64,000 bases of DNA from Takakia lepidozioides (Eukaryota; Plantae; Bryophyta), in the NCBI GenBank assembly GCA_030704615.1, contig CM060732.1, forward strand, positions 67,332,001 to 67,396,000, read 5' to 3'. A program made the translations under genes and the position numbers. The notes under the pieces were generated by a model. It saw nothing but the letters and a program-made list of their open reading frames with translations, was not told where the DNA came from and made no database searches. Numbering within the stretch: the stretch's first letter is position 1; each line of letters starts with the position of its first letter. Of the stretch, positions 1 to 13,900 are shown in pieces.

Positions 1-329
1 CAAGGTTTCTCATGCATTCACTTTGATTATGATGTTGCCCCTTTCCCTGCCAACTTTCACGGGAAAACAATACAGGACAGGTGAGCAAATAGGCCATAAC
101 CAAGATTCCGTTTTTGACCTGAAATCCATAACCTGGAGATCAGTGCAAAACCGACTGAGAGACGGACCAAAACGGAGACATAAGTCATGAGATAGCAATA
201 ACAAAAAGACGAGAGATCAAACATACCAGAGTTAGGACTGTTATTATCGAGGGAGTTGACAGGAGGCTTGTTAAGAGTCACAAGCGCGATACCATCGTCT
301 CCCACCTCCATACTGACTTGCCTCCCCAT
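1..329 (-). CDS. 5' coding exon of a peroxisomal fatty-acid beta-oxidation multifunctional protein (MFP2/AIM1-like, N-terminal enoyl-CoA hydratase); the gene continues off the left edge
   Basis: ATG at 329 gives MGRQVSMEVGDDGIALVTLNKPPVNSL, matching the plant MFP N-terminus (MEVGxDGVAVITxxNPPVNSL). A tgcag acceptor at ~361 indicates a 5'UTR intron. Probable donor GTATGT at ~226. Confidence 0.8.
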
Positions 330-1824
330 CTCACTGGGTCCCTCTAACACTGAAAAGCCCTGCAGTGCAAAAGAATGCATACCTTGATACTCCCACTCAT
401 CGACCCTCTAAGTAAGCTTAATTGAGTTAAATACAAAAATCAGATGTTTGGATTAACAATTGGAAACTGTCTTCCTTGACCAAACAACAGGAAGTTCGAT
501 AGAGATATCCCCTTCAGAATATTAGAGAAAATTCAGCTACACTGGAGAAAGAGAGGATGAAATTTGGAACTTTGAATCCACAAAGCAGACGCAGTGTTGA
601 AATTTTCAAATAACAAATAACATGCTGTACTTTGAATTATAGAACCTAACCCTGCCAAATGATCAAGCAGCCGGGAGAGAAATATTGCCCGGGGCTGTGA
701 AGGATCAAAAAAGAAAGAAAGAAAAGCCAAGCCTCTGTTGACAATCAGCATTTAAAAAACATTTAGAGATTTGGAAATAATAATGTTTGTGAGAACATGA
801 AATTGGAGATCTTCATCAGTCTCTGATCAGTTTCTATAAGATATAGAATTTTTCTGCATAATCCCTTAGCATCACCAGAGTGATGGCACAGCATGGAAAC
901 AATCTACTTTTGGTTCAACGAACAAAGTTTTCTCAAAGTGACTGCAACAAGCTTTTAAAGCCGATACATAGCACCGGGTAGAAGCCAATCCATCAGCGAA
1001 CATAAAATTCCTGCCAATCGACCACTAATTTCAGACGACCTCAATGGGAATTTCCCCACCTAATGAAAGACTCTACTCCAAAGAGTGGAGTGACGCATAC
1101 CGCAAACGTGACGAGGAGATATCGATACTGGCAGCTTATCGAAGTTAGCTCCTAAGGAGCCTCTTTTGTTGACCAATTAGTGGGAGGACAGATAATGTAC
1201 TTAAGAGATAGACGGATATCACAGATATTGAAGGGACGAACGCACGAACAATAGAGATACTAAGAAACCAGCTACAAGAAGTGAGAGGGACACAAGGAGA
1301 CACACCACAAAAAATGGTTAGGACGCAGTATGTTGGTCACACACAGTGAAAGAGAGAAGAGACAGTTTTGCGAAGAGGGAGAGGAATTTAGCAGGATGCC
1401 ACGAGACAACGAAGTGAACAGGAACACCAACTGAAAATAGACAGATCGACAGAGCACACCACTTAGTCTGAGAAAGTTGAAGTTCGTTTCAATGTCCATT
1501 CACCGAGCCTACTGCTAGGACACCGGAGTATCTCGTAAGAAATCAAAATGATGGTCCCACCCACTCCCGCACACGCAATTATATCACACCGCAACCACTG
1601 TTTTCCTCGCAAACTTCGCGAGACTCTGTCTGATTCACCAGCCTGAACATATCAAGGGATCCAGTAACAGAGACAGTGGAGCGCATTCGGTAGTAAGTAA
1701 AGTTTAAGATCCAGTTTGATGGAATCACGACTTTGTCAACTGTAGGTCTGCAGGATTGCACGCATCTGACATGCTTTCAGACGTAGATCTCGCCATCCTT
1801 CTCTCTGCTGCTCGCGCCGGGGTA

Positions 1825-2040
1825 AGAGAATGGCTACGATGAACGTCCTTCATCCTTGTGCACATCTCGTTCGTCTCCCCATCCCCGCCCCATTGATGAA
1901 TGAACAGATAATCATTTCATTCATTCGAGCACCGGGGAAAGAGAATGGCTACGATGAACGCCCTTCATCCTTGTGCAGATCTCGTTCGTCTCCCCATCCC
2001 CGCCCCATCGATGAATGAACGGATAATCATTTCATTCATT
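1825..2040. repeat. Tandem duplication, 2 x ~114 bp, upstream of the MFP gene
   Basis: aagagaatggctacgatgaacg...gataatcatttcattcatt occurs twice with few mismatches. Confidence 0.9.
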
Positions 2041-2923
2041 GATACGCCGCAGCATCTCACTTTAATCGCGAAGAATTAGGGATAAGGAGCACCGTAAGAT
2101 GGCGATAAGTTTGAGTGTGCACAAGTCTCGGCCGTTGGTTGCGGTGTCTTCCCAAAATGGCTTCCCATGTTGGCCCGTCGCATCCCTGATGGATGATTGT
2201 GGATGGAGCCCAACACTGATAATATCCTATACACTGATCATGGCCCGGTTTGGCAGTGTAATTATTATTTGTTTTTAATTAACAGGGGACAGTTTATTTG
2301 AATCAAAACTCACTGACTCACTGTGCCCCTGTTCTGTTAATAAATAAATAAATAAATTGGCAAGTAGTTATCATGTCAGTGAACACATGTCAATATCCCA
2401 TTTGGTAGTTTACAGATATTACCTGCAATTTTAAAACTCGAGTTTTACTATATTTGGTAACATCTTGCAACGAGTATTTGACGTGATTCAAGATTTCAAA
2501 AAATAAATAAAAAATTTCATAGGCCGAGGGCAGCATATGTTGAATAGAGAACCCATCCTTGCTAATAAGGGCAGTAGCCTCAAGATAAGGTAGTGGCTCT
2601 TAGTTACGTTGGCTTTGGCCGGAGTGCTCTCTCTTGAATCATACAAAATGTAACTGTGCAAGACTTCACCTAATACAGAATTTTATTGAAGGAAGGGGAA
2701 TAAAATTAAATCCTTCATAAGAAGATGCATGGCATGGTCTGAGAGAGCTACCACCTCAAGAATGTGTAAAGCCATAATTTTTAAAATCGCCTCATCATAC
2801 TATGCAACACAATGTGAATTGACCTCAATTTCCACCAAAGGTGTATTATTATTTTTAGACCATAATATCAAAGGATAAACCATTTATTATAAGTAAATAA
2901 TCTTAAAGTATAAGTATCATGAT

Positions 2924-3218
2924 TACTACGTTAAAAGCAGGTGTGGCAGATTTGCCACTTTTTCGGCCTAATTCTCAGGCCGAATCGGCCACCCAGGGCA
3001 GAATCGGCAGGGATGGCCGATTATGCACAGAGGACGGCAGACCTACCACCGAGGCCCATGTCTTCAGCCATGAACCCATCAGGCTTCCCATGAGGCTCGC
3101 CCCCTTTATATCCTCTCCAGGGCTCTGAATCTGGGCAATCGATATGGGATAATCGAACTGCAATCATATTGCACCACGTAGCGGCGAGAATCCGCCACAC
3201 CTGCTTTTAATGCTAGTG
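2924..3218. mobile_element. Small non-autonomous TIR element (CACTA-like ends), followed by a second ~95-bp foldback at 3218-3318
   Basis: Inverted repeats ttaaaagcaggtgtggc (2931) and gccacacctgcttttaa (ends 3210); outer ends TACTA.../...TAGTG. The adjacent hairpin is gaacgggccgtgtttggccga...tcggccaaacacgcccgttc. Confidence 0.6.
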
Positions 3219-5169
3219 AACGGGCCGTGTTTGGCCGACTCTGCCCTCTGCGCGGCCATAGGGCTCGCCCAAAGGCCGCTTACAGGGCAGAATCGGCCAA
3301 ACACGCCCGTTCTCTAGTACAAACTCATCAATGTTGGTCAAAACAGGCGGCTGGTCGCATATGGCTCCTCTTGGTGAATAGCGGAATTTACTTCCATCCA
3401 TAATAAACTTGAAAATTCATCCATTTATCCTTCATAAATTGTTCAATAAGAGAGATGTACCTAAGAGAGATGTACCTGAGGGAGGTGTTACTTGGAGGCA
3501 CTTCATGAAGTAGTTTGAACAAAGGAGAGGAGGTGAAACATGGGGAAGGCACAACAAGGGCTTAATGATTTTTGACACTGATGCGTAGTCTCTTATTTAG
3601 AATAAAGATGAGTCAATAAAATCCATTGTAGATTCTACCAAAAAACCTATTTTTGCAAATTTTACAGGTAAATATACGTAGAAATAAAATATATATACAT
3701 TCTTAGAATAAGGGTAAATAAAAGTTTGAGGATTTATTTAGCCTCCGGGTAAATGATATAGATCAATATATTCATTTGGGTAAATATAAATGATTTATCC
3801 CAAAAGATAAATCAAGTTATATTGAAGAATATGTAGATTTTTGTGTTTGTTAAGCTCACTCTACCATACTTGCCCATGCTATTTGTCAAGACCTTTGTCA
3901 GATTAATTAATTTCTCTTGAGTAAAAGGTCCGACAGACTTCTTGGAATTTCTGCAGTTCCAGTAGTGATCATGATAAATAATAGAAAAGTACAAATGATA
4001 AATGTGTACACGCAATGGTAACGTGAAAAGAATAGGTAAGTAGAGCAGTTCTCGGAGTCAAATATGAGAGATATCCGACACTATAAGGACTTTAGGTAAA
4101 TTTTTCCGGCCGTCTATTTTTGGATTTAATATCATCGGACAGCATAGGCAGCTACGATATTTTAACAATGAAGTTTCCACAATCATTTTTTAAGACTTCA
4201 TTGCTGTGAAATCTTCATTGCTCCCATAATTAAATTGTTTCCAAGCCTAGTTGCACATAGGACGTGAAGTGGCGCTCGCACATTAGACGTCACGTCCAAA
4301 CCAAACGTTATCATGTGTAATTTTTTTATTTTTTTTTTACTCTTGATTATTTATCTTGGATATCGAGGTGGCGGCCCAGGTGAACTAACCACGTGAATAA
4401 AATTTTATTGTATTTAAAAACTAAAAAACAAATATGCCAATATTGGCGATCATATGCATTTTAAACATAAATAAAATGTGGCGATCGTCAATATTGACGG
4501 TCACATAGTGTATCTAGAAATAAAATAAAATTATGAATTTCTAAATCCAAAATTGAATGACACGACCCCATCTTTGTCTGCTAGGAGTTTAGTTAGTGTC
4601 AAGTGCTCATCTATTGATGCTGACAACTCGGAGGTCCATTGGCACCACTGCCGAGCTTCAAGATGGGCAAAGCAAAGGCTCAACTCTCTTTCGAAACCCC
4701 CAAGCGTAAAATAGACAACCTTTAATCAATAAGCCTTATTGCTCCTTACACTTAGAATTCATCTCTTGGTTCTCCTCGACTTTGGTTCTTGTTATGCTTT
4801 TATCTACTTTTCCATTTCGTTTAGTTTACTCTAGTCTTCCATTTCGTCTCTTCTTTGGATATGTGAGCTCGGAGCATTGTCTTGTTTATCAACCTTTTAT
4901 GGCCCTTTGTAAGGTTATTTTTTCCTTACCATATCATGAACTGGTTTCATTCCCCTTTCCAAAATAAGATAAAATAGAATGTTGCGACCGCCAGTATTGG
5001 CCAGTGACCAATCATACTGCGACTGGTATGGTTTTGCACGTGGTTAGGTCTATTTTTATAAACCCTAAGTTCTACAAATGACCAGGTACTTGCTCAATGA
5101 CACCCCCAACTAGTTGGTCATTTGGTACTTTTACTCAAACCCGGACACATACCCAAGTCAATTGGTGGT

Positions 5170-5810
5170 AATCAAGAGTTCATTCATTAATAAACTGTTG
5201 ATTTTTCAGTAGGTATGTCCAGTCTATATAGCTTAAGAGTATCATTGAATGTTTAAAATATAAACAAGGAATAAATTTTACTTCAAATTTAAAAACAAAT
5301 ACGACCTATCGTGGAAATAAAAAATTTCATGGATGAGTTGTTGGATTTTTTATGTGCTTTCTACATGTTGATTGTCGCGTTGATCAAGTTGGAAATCAAT
5401 AGTTGTCAACCAATTGTTGATTTCTCAATATGTCCAATATACACATAGTGTTGTAACGACCATTTTGTTGTAAAAAGAAAAATCTGAAAATTTAAAAACT
5501 GTAGTAAATGATCATACGGTGGAAATTGGCAACAGTTCATCAACAGATTGCTGATGTTTTAATATATCCCACTTACAACTCAAGTGTCGCATAGACCAAA
5601 TTTATCACAAAAATAAAATCTGAAAATCTGTAAAACCAAGAAAATAACCTGTAAGACACTCTGGAAATCAACAGTTTGTTCACAAACTGCTCATTTCTCA
5701 GAATGTTCCATTTACATCATATTGATCAAATTTACTTCAAAAAAATCTGAAATATTTAGGAACCGAGAAAAGACACCTTGGAAATTAACAATTTGTCAAT
5801 GAACTGTTGA
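5170..5810. repeat. Degenerate AT-rich tandem repeat (~120-140 bp period) with a palindromic core
   Basis: Recurrent ggaaatcaacagtt...aactgttgatttct-like motif at ~5390, 5520, 5660 and 5780. Confidence 0.5.
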
Positions 5811-5847
5811 CTACCTTATTCACTACTTATTTCGTCACAACAAAAAA

Positions 5848-5989
5848 TATATATATATAGACGCCTCCTGACTCTTCACCACAAGGGCTACTGGAAGGCA
5901 CCTTCTTGACACACCAGAGCGTCGTTTGAACCCACAACCACATCTATCGTGGTATGTGCCCATTACTAGTGTGCTACATGCTGGTTGTC
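5848..5989 (-). mobile_element. tRNA-derived SINE copy
   Basis: Reverse complement matches the SINE at 24483 (gacaaccagcatgtagc...gtgggttcaaac...gtagcccttgtggtgaagag). Has a (TA)n tail and imperfect flanking repeats acaacaaaaaa/ataacaaaaga. Confidence 0.75.
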
Positions 5990-6029
5990 ATAACAAAAGA
6001 GAGAGCAAGCCTCACAAATTTTTCTTATG

Positions 6030-6600
6030 TCTTAAAAGAGAATGAGAGAGAAGGGCCTGCGAACCTGAGAGCCACTTCACCTTTCGGCTAGTGCCCCTGT
6101 GGAGTGGGCCCTATATCAAAATATATTTTGGCTTAATGGGGTATTTTATGTTTGGGTTGGAGGTTTGTTATTCCAGTTTGCATTTGTTAGTGATGAGGGC
6201 TATAAGAGAGCGGATGGCAATTAGGTGTATTTGTTTGAGGCACGCTGTGATGGCTCGGTTGGGCAGCTTGAGGGGTATTGTGGAGAGATTTAAGGCTATG
6301 TGTGTGGATGCCGCCCTTGGTCTAGATGATGTAAACAAATGCGTCAATGACATAATGCAAGATTCGGTATTCAACTTTGAAGCTCTGGGTCAAGGGCTTA
6401 TAAGATGGCGTTGGGAATGAGATCTGGCCTGGGGCTTTGGATTTGGATAAGGCTTTTAGACACAAGTCATAGATAATTTGTATAACTGAATCCTGGATGT
6501 GGTGGGAAATGCTAATAGTCAGCCGATTATGAATGCAGAATGCGCCGGCACCGTGGAGCCACCATCTTCTGCTCTTAATTTGCCTCAAAAAGGCATAATC
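6030..6600 (-). mobile_element. 3' fragment of an RLE-type (CRE-like) non-LTR retrotransposon
   Basis: LKLPNRAITACLKQIHLIAIRSLIALITNKCKLE aligns with LKLPQKYTTPLLRTLHLTTITSLTAIILNKRKIE of the 50.8 kb copy; similar 3'UTR hairpin. Confidence 0.55.
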
Positions 6601-9600
6601 TGCCCCCAAAATCCTTTATGTATGTACATCGCTGTGGCTTGATGCCATATTTCCTGTTTGACATCAGAAATACTTTGTCACTCAATATTTCAAGCCAATG
6701 ACACCTATGTTAAAGGAACCCACCGTACAACCCTTACATACACTCCCTCTCAAGCACTAGAGCATGTCCACAAGCCTGTATCTCTTACATGCTAAATGGG
6801 GATGGGTTCCTCCCTAACTTTGAGTTCAAATTGTACCCCAGAGTCCTCTATCTGAGAGACGAGTCTATAAACGACCTACTGCTTTGCTGTCTAGAGTAAC
6901 CATCTGCACACTCAATGGAAAGATGACCACATGACAGTCCAGTAAATCTGCGTCGTTTGCCGGGTGAACTTCTAAGGTTATCCACTTCGTCACTATTCAC
7001 AAATGCTGCTTCCAGCCAGGGCAGCCATATATCCTCAAGCTCTCGTACTACATCAGCCATCCTTGGGCACGCCTCTCTGATCTGCCGACAGCACGCAATC
7101 CCTAGCCGAAGGATTCGCTCCAATGCCTCCAATGGGCATGGACCCATGTTGGGGTCAGCTATTGATGTCAGATTTCCAGCTCCATGTGCCATTTCAACCT
7201 ACAAAGGGATACTATAAAAAGCTAGGATGGAAATCTGGAGTAGAGAGAAAGCATCAAACATTTAATCTGTACAACTCTGCCAGGAGGTATGGATTCTACT
7301 TTAAAATTAGTATTTCAATTCAACATACTGTTAAGGGAAAGGAAGACGACTTTAAATGGCTGATTTAGAGATGACGAAAGGAGCTATGCAAGGATTTAAC
7401 GGGGTTCAGTGTATATAGCTAAAGTCTTAGGAGCTTCACCACCCTCAGCAAGCATTGGAGTGAAACCACAACCATGGTGGGACAGAGTGAGCAGTCTATG
7501 GCTTTCAACCACACCCATACATACGTATATTCATAATGGTCATAACTAGCCAGGGGCAGAGGAGAAAAACGGGGAATGAATTGACAAAAACCTCTTTCAC
7601 GATGTGTTTTCCATCAGCAATAGGTGGCATGCCTGTAAATAACTCCAGCAGTACTATGCCAAAGCTGTAGACATCACTTTTGTCAGTGAGCCGACGTGTC
7701 AAAAAGTACTCTGGATCTAGGTATCCCTGCACATCCAAACTTGTAGTGGTTATCTTGGGCTTAATCACGATTGTTGTAGGCATTTGAGCCCAGACTGTTT
7801 CTGTAAGTGGAATGTTACCTCTCCCAGTTGACTGACAACTGTAGTATAGGTGCACAGCGTGTAACCAGATTATTCATACAGGATTCTCCAATCATTTGCA
7901 TGACGAAAAACGAGAATGTTTTTTTCTTGTCTCCCTTTCGGTAAGCCGGATGGAACTACCATGGATGTCACAACCAAAGGCCACTCCCAATCAGAAGTTT
8001 GGATTCCATCTACCTGTCCCACAGGAAAGTGCTAAATTGATAGGCAATGAACCCAAATATCAGAGTGCAGCAATAGAAAGTAGCTTATATAGAACTGCTC
8101 ATGCTCACCAATATGAACAGCACAGATAACAAAAAGAGGGCAGTTGACCCCACTTCAGCTTTGCTTGCTCAGAACCAAGCCTTCAAAAGATAAATGTCTC
8201 GGTTCAAGCATAAGAGAGCTCTACTTACAACAGTGCCCTTTACTGTCGTTGAAACATGCCCAGAATCATCTGGGCCTCCCAACATAGGGGATGGGCCTAA
8301 CTTTGAGAGACCAAAATCTGAGACTTTGGGGATATTGTTTTCATCCAGTAGAATATTGGCGCCTTTGATGTCCCCATGAATGATGGAAGGGTTAGCCTCG
8401 GTGTGACGATACAAGATACCTTTGGCTGATCCCAGGGCAATGTGCAAACGTGTTGCAAAGTCCAGTGAGTGGTTGGATGTGGCTGTTGCAATGTTGGTTC
8501 TGTGTTTATGTTGAAGAGCTAAGTCTTAGAAATATTTGAGCGAAACCACGTATGTGATCTTTGGTGGATCTTTCCCCACGCATCAAAACCCCTCCCAGTG
8601 TATAACCATGTTTAGCTTATAACTACCACACCTCTCTCACAAGAGTTGTAATTATCTGCCCAAAAGTTAGGTTGACTATAGCTGGTCCTGAACACAAATA
8701 TGAATGAGTGAATATTAATAGCATACCCACCACCCACAGGGGTCAGTACCTGTGGGGGAAGGTGGTTTATGCTGGCTTTGGCTGGAGTCTTCTCTCTATA
8801 TAATACCAATACACTAACAATCCATAGATCTGATGGAAAGTGTTTCATTTCCAGTTAGGGCCTGCCAACAGCATAAACCTCAAGGTGTCCAAGGTTGTGG
8901 AATTTCGACCAGCTTGACCACTATGTACAGATTCACCTAGAACCCGTTGATTAGAACTGTCTGATGACAGATTGGCTAGCTGGAGAGCCCTTCCTGTTTG
9001 CTGAGGTTGCTGAAGGCTCAGTGAGGCAGTTTTCTGCTAGTTCATAAATCTCCCTCGCTGAAAAATCTGACGATGATTCTCTGGTCAGGGTATGGGCAGC
9101 TCCGGACGATAGTATATGAGCAGTAAACTAGTGACTAGGACACTTTGTATAGTCTGGGGTGGGTATTGCATTTAATTGCAGGGGTTGTTGCAGAATTTTT
9201 GCTTGCAACAAATGCTGTAAGCTCTATTGGTGAATTTTAGTTCTTTAGATATCAACTTGATCTGGTTACAATGTCCAACCAACATATGTGTGAGACTTTG
9301 CAAAATGTAGACTCACTCAAAATTCTCAAATGATGTCATGTAAGCACTGTGTATGGGTTGTTGTGGCCTATGGCTGCAAGTCTGTAGCATGAAAACAATT
9401 GGCAGGTGAGAAAATCATAGTAACCCTAGCACAGCTCATCCTAACCTTCAGATGATAATTTTATGTGCTTCAAGGAAAATTATTGGCGAAATCAAGATCA
9501 GAAGAATTGGGCAACATACATGAGAGTCTTTCCTGTAGACTCCCCCCATACAGTTTATACACCAGCATCTGCAAGGGGACAAAGAGGCGTTATCACGAGT

Positions 9601-10249
9601 AGATTCAAGGCAGATCACCCTGCCATATACAATTATACCTGACTAAATGCAACATGAACAACACCAAGATAAGGTTGCACCTATCCAACAATACAAAAAC
9701 CCTCTGGCGAGTTTAATGACAGAATGCTTCTTCTATTACTAGCTGTTTATGTTACTTCAAAGCCAAAACTTGCAATTACTATTCTGCAAGGAATATAGGT
9801 CAGACATTTGCAGGGAATGGTCAGCGTAATACTGAGGGTGTGTATGCAGACCTGCTCACTCTTTTCTAGACAAAAGCCAATAAGTGACACCAAGTTTCTA
9901 TGATGCACGCGTGATAAAAACTCAATTTCCGTATAGAATTCGGTGGCCCCTTGAAGGGATCCAATCCTCACACGCTTGATAACCACCCTTTCTCCATCTT
10001 TCAATGTTCCACTGTACACTTTTCCACAGCCCCCCTGTCCTCTGACATTTTCCTCGCTAAATTCGTTGGTTGCATTCGCTAGGTCTTCAAATCTGAAACA
10101 CCGAATGCCTGAGAACTTTCTTTGCTTTTTCTTCTTGCTTCTGTTGTGTGACTAGCAGGAACAGTACCCAATTACTATCTGCTCATCTATGATGTCCATG
10201 CTAGCTTTTCTAATCAAGACTCGAGCTTCTGTACGTTCCTACATAGGTT

Positions 10250-10955
10250 CTCCATATGTATTAAGCAACAGTCACAAGTCAGCCCTTCCACCCAAGGGGC
10301 TCGTGGCAAGAGTTCTCGCAACATCTATTAGGCTCAAAACAGCAGGTTTCAGGCACTCCTGGTATGCTCAAATGTGAATTTTTTTGAGCGCAATGGAGTC
10401 TCTATTGCTTCGCTATTGCCAGAGAATCCAGAAGGGGTGGAAATCTCATCCAAACAGGATTGCAACAGACTCATTAGAAGGGAACTTATGGAACTACGTC
10501 AGGAGAACTTGGAAGCTACCCAATCTCACAACAAAGCTCCATTTCTATTGAGAGACATTCTTGGTTCTCCGTGATGATAGGATCTTGCGGCCCAATTAGC
10601 TTTCGGCGTCTTTATCTCCTTCCCTCCTGAGGGCATTGGGGCGGTTCAGGGTGGGCTCAGATGGGAAAACCTGCATCGGGAGGACCGCCTATGCCCAGCT
10701 TGCATCGGGCACAGATTCCACTGTCAATTCCGTGGAACTCAATCTCTTACTGAAGTCTTCCACTATGGGATCAAAAATCCTTGGCAGCTTACCTGCACGA
10801 GGCCCTGACCCTTAGGCCATCCCTTCAGCAGTAGTTGCTTTTGGGCTGTTTTTTGGCTCTGGTTTTGTTTCCTCTCTCATGTTTTTCCATTTTGTCCCAT
10901 AAGCTCTTTGAGCTTTCCGCGGACGTTATAAAGTACCATTTCATTTTCTTTCTTG
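10250..10955 (+). mobile_element. LINE 3' fragment in an RLK intron; the same family occurs at 13270-13400 (+), 17430-18090 (-), 18150-18330 (-, two tails) and 20085-20190 (+)
   Basis: Shared 3' end tgtcccataagctctttgagctttccgcggacgttataaagtaccatttcattt; shared peptide VEISSKQDxNRxIRRELM with the 17.9 kb copy. Confidence 0.65.
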
Positions 10956-13900
10956 ATCTACCAGGACCCATTTTCTCTGCAAACAAGGGAGAGTAAACTC
11001 TTCAAGACGGGATGCTCCTGCCTATGACGGCTCAGTGCAATTAAGAAGATGGTCACTGCAACGCTGAATGAAATTATTGCTATAAACCCAATCACAATTC
11101 CAGCAATCCATCCCTTCGACCATACATGTGAACTTGTGTCGCCTCCAACTATACACCACAACCAAAAAGACAGTTTGTAGATCAGTATACAATTGTATTT
11201 GGATTCACATCTAGATGATGGGAAAAACCACTTGATTGTCGATTTGGGTGTCCAAGTGTGTGATCACCTGGATCCCATTGAAAAAGCACATAGGACAGTG
11301 GGAACAGACAGACAGAAGAATTAGCCACAGGGCCTGTGGGATGCAGTAGAACAACAGTGAATGACGTAAAACATGACATACCAAAACGACACTTGGAGAT
11401 GGAGTCAGAGAAAGATGGCATCATTGACCATTCCCTGTGGATGTGAGGTCTCGTGTACCCTTGAGGCCATACTCATACAGATACCTATCGGTTGTGGGGT
11501 TTCAGCCAATGAGAGTGGCAGCAACAGTTATCAAGGATAATATGATGATTCAGTTATAGGGGTGAGTATCATACTAGAAACCATGAGGTGGAGTCCCAGA
11601 ACCGTACCCTCTCAATTGCAACAACTTGATACATGTGACTTGGTTCCATGACTTTGGTGAAAAGGACAAAGAAGAACAAGTCTGAAATTACATCCACTGG
11701 AAGCCTATATGGCCTACAGGAGACTAGATGAGATCTCTAAAAGAACGAACTTTATGAGGATCTTTGGAAGATTGTAGGTGTCAGAGACGGAAGAAGCAGA
11801 ATAACACAATTAATAGAATTCCCAGAGGACAGATTGTCTGCACTGACCGTCCTAGGTTGAAATCATCTTAAGGAAACAGTAAGAAGCTGAGAAAGAAATC
11901 CCTGTACCTGAAATAATATTGATCAACTCATACGGCCCAAAATATTCACCCACAGAGACTTCCCAGTTGGCCAACACGGTAAACATGTTGTTGTATGTAG
12001 CTTCAACAAAGCTTGCGGTTAGTGGGAAGACCTCAATGATGGTATTCAGCCTAGGCCCTGGCTGCCAGTTGTAATCTTCTATATACACTTGAGATAAGGT
12101 CAAGTTGAAAGCTCTGGCTAGCAACACACGGAGGTCTTGCTCTGCTGTGAAGAAGTAAAAGCTGGGGCCGGAGGTTAACTCGGATGGGTTGGGCACATCG
12201 ACAACTATTTGTGGTGGGGACCAAGACGCTGGGAAGAGTGCAACTTGGGCATGATGTCCCTCTGCTTGTGGTGTTTGATTGGGGCTTGTCTTGAGGCACC
12301 TCATTGTCAATGGTAGGGGAGCACAGTTGTCCAAGTCCTGAGAGACCTGAGAGCGTGTTGCAGAGGACTGTGTTGCCATTTAATCTGCAATCATGGCCAA
12401 CATGCAATTCATCATTAAGTCTCTCTCTTGCTTTAAGGACCAGAATAGCTCAGCAACATACCTGCACAAGATTCTTCCTTTGTTCTGCAGGAACTTACTT
12501 ATTGAGTCAGAACTTTACTATTACAGGGGTGGGTTTTGAAATCTCGTTTGGAACCCACAGGCTGCCAGCAGATGTAACAATCTCCTTAGTTCTTTCATGG
12601 GGGTTTTTTGTTATTCTACTTTCTCCATGGGCCCTATGGGATCATCTGGAAATTATTCATCTGCCCGTCTGCCATTCTCTTGCTACACTCCTGCGCAATG
12701 TGACCAACTTTCTTGCAATAAAAGCATTACGAAGCTTCCTTCTTTCTTTGTACCATTTCATTCCCTTGAGCAGTAGTTGCTTTTGGGCCTTCTCTCCCTC
12801 TGGCTCTTGGTTGATTTTTATCCTTTCTCTGGGCTGTTTTCCATCAATGAAGATGATAAACCTCTGCCTATCTGTAGACTTTGACTAGACATTCTTGGAG
12901 ATAGCGTGAATGCAGCAAATAGAGAGTAGTTGTAAGACCTTCTACATGCTAATTACTCAGCTGACCCTATTCCCAATAACAAGGATCATCCACCTAATTT
13001 GAGGCTTGTCGGGCAAATATAGATTGGTAGATGGACAATCTCAAAGGTGCTGCCTGCTATTGCCCGGTTTGCGCTAGGGAAGACAGACAGGCGATTGTGA
13101 CAGAAGAACATTTCTTCTTTCAACGTCCTCTCTACTATGAAATCCCTAGTGACTACTATTTCATAATTTCAGGACAACAGATCCCTCGCTGAGATCTTTA
13201 ATTACGACGACCAGAAATGCCTGGCAGCTTACCTATATGAGGTTCTACACCTCAGAGAATCTCTGGACATTGAATAGTGGTTGCTTTTGGGTTCCTGGTT
13301 GAGGCACCACTTCATCATTCTTTCTTCTGTCCCATAAGCTCTTTGAGCATCCCATGAAGTCCTTTCTTTTATGAGCTTCCCGTTGATGTTTTTAAGTAAC
13401 ATGTCATTTCTTTGATTGCTTCTCTCTCTCTGCTTTACTGAGATGGGTGGCAAGGAGGATTAATAGCCCATAAGGCTATGCTCTAGAGCATATTGCCAAT
13501 GCCAGTGTCCATGGTGATGGTCAAGAGCTCATGTATGTTGTTTGCCCCATAATCCAAACACTGATGGGAAGTGGGAGGGAGTGGAAGATACTCAGTCTAT
13601 TCTTTACAACACTGTAGCATTACATTTTTGTGACAGCTTAAAGCGATAACCGAGATGTCATATATTGAACCAGAGATGTACTCATAAGACGTTGTTTGCC
13701 GTAGCCTTGTGGCCATTGACCCCGCGCCCAGTTTGAGCGGGAAATATTGAACCAGAGAGAGAGATAAAGAGAAAAACCACAAGATCCACAGCAGCACAAA
13801 GAGCTTTATTGGACAGAAACAGGTAGCAAAAATAGAAACTAGAGCAGAAGAAAAAATTGACGATGTCAAAGGGAAGCCCAGCGAATGCACTCATAACCGT

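Noticed and set aside
12304-12888. 194-aa plus-strand ORF
   Set aside because: Antisense to an RLK exon/intron and made partly of LINE debris; no protein-family features.
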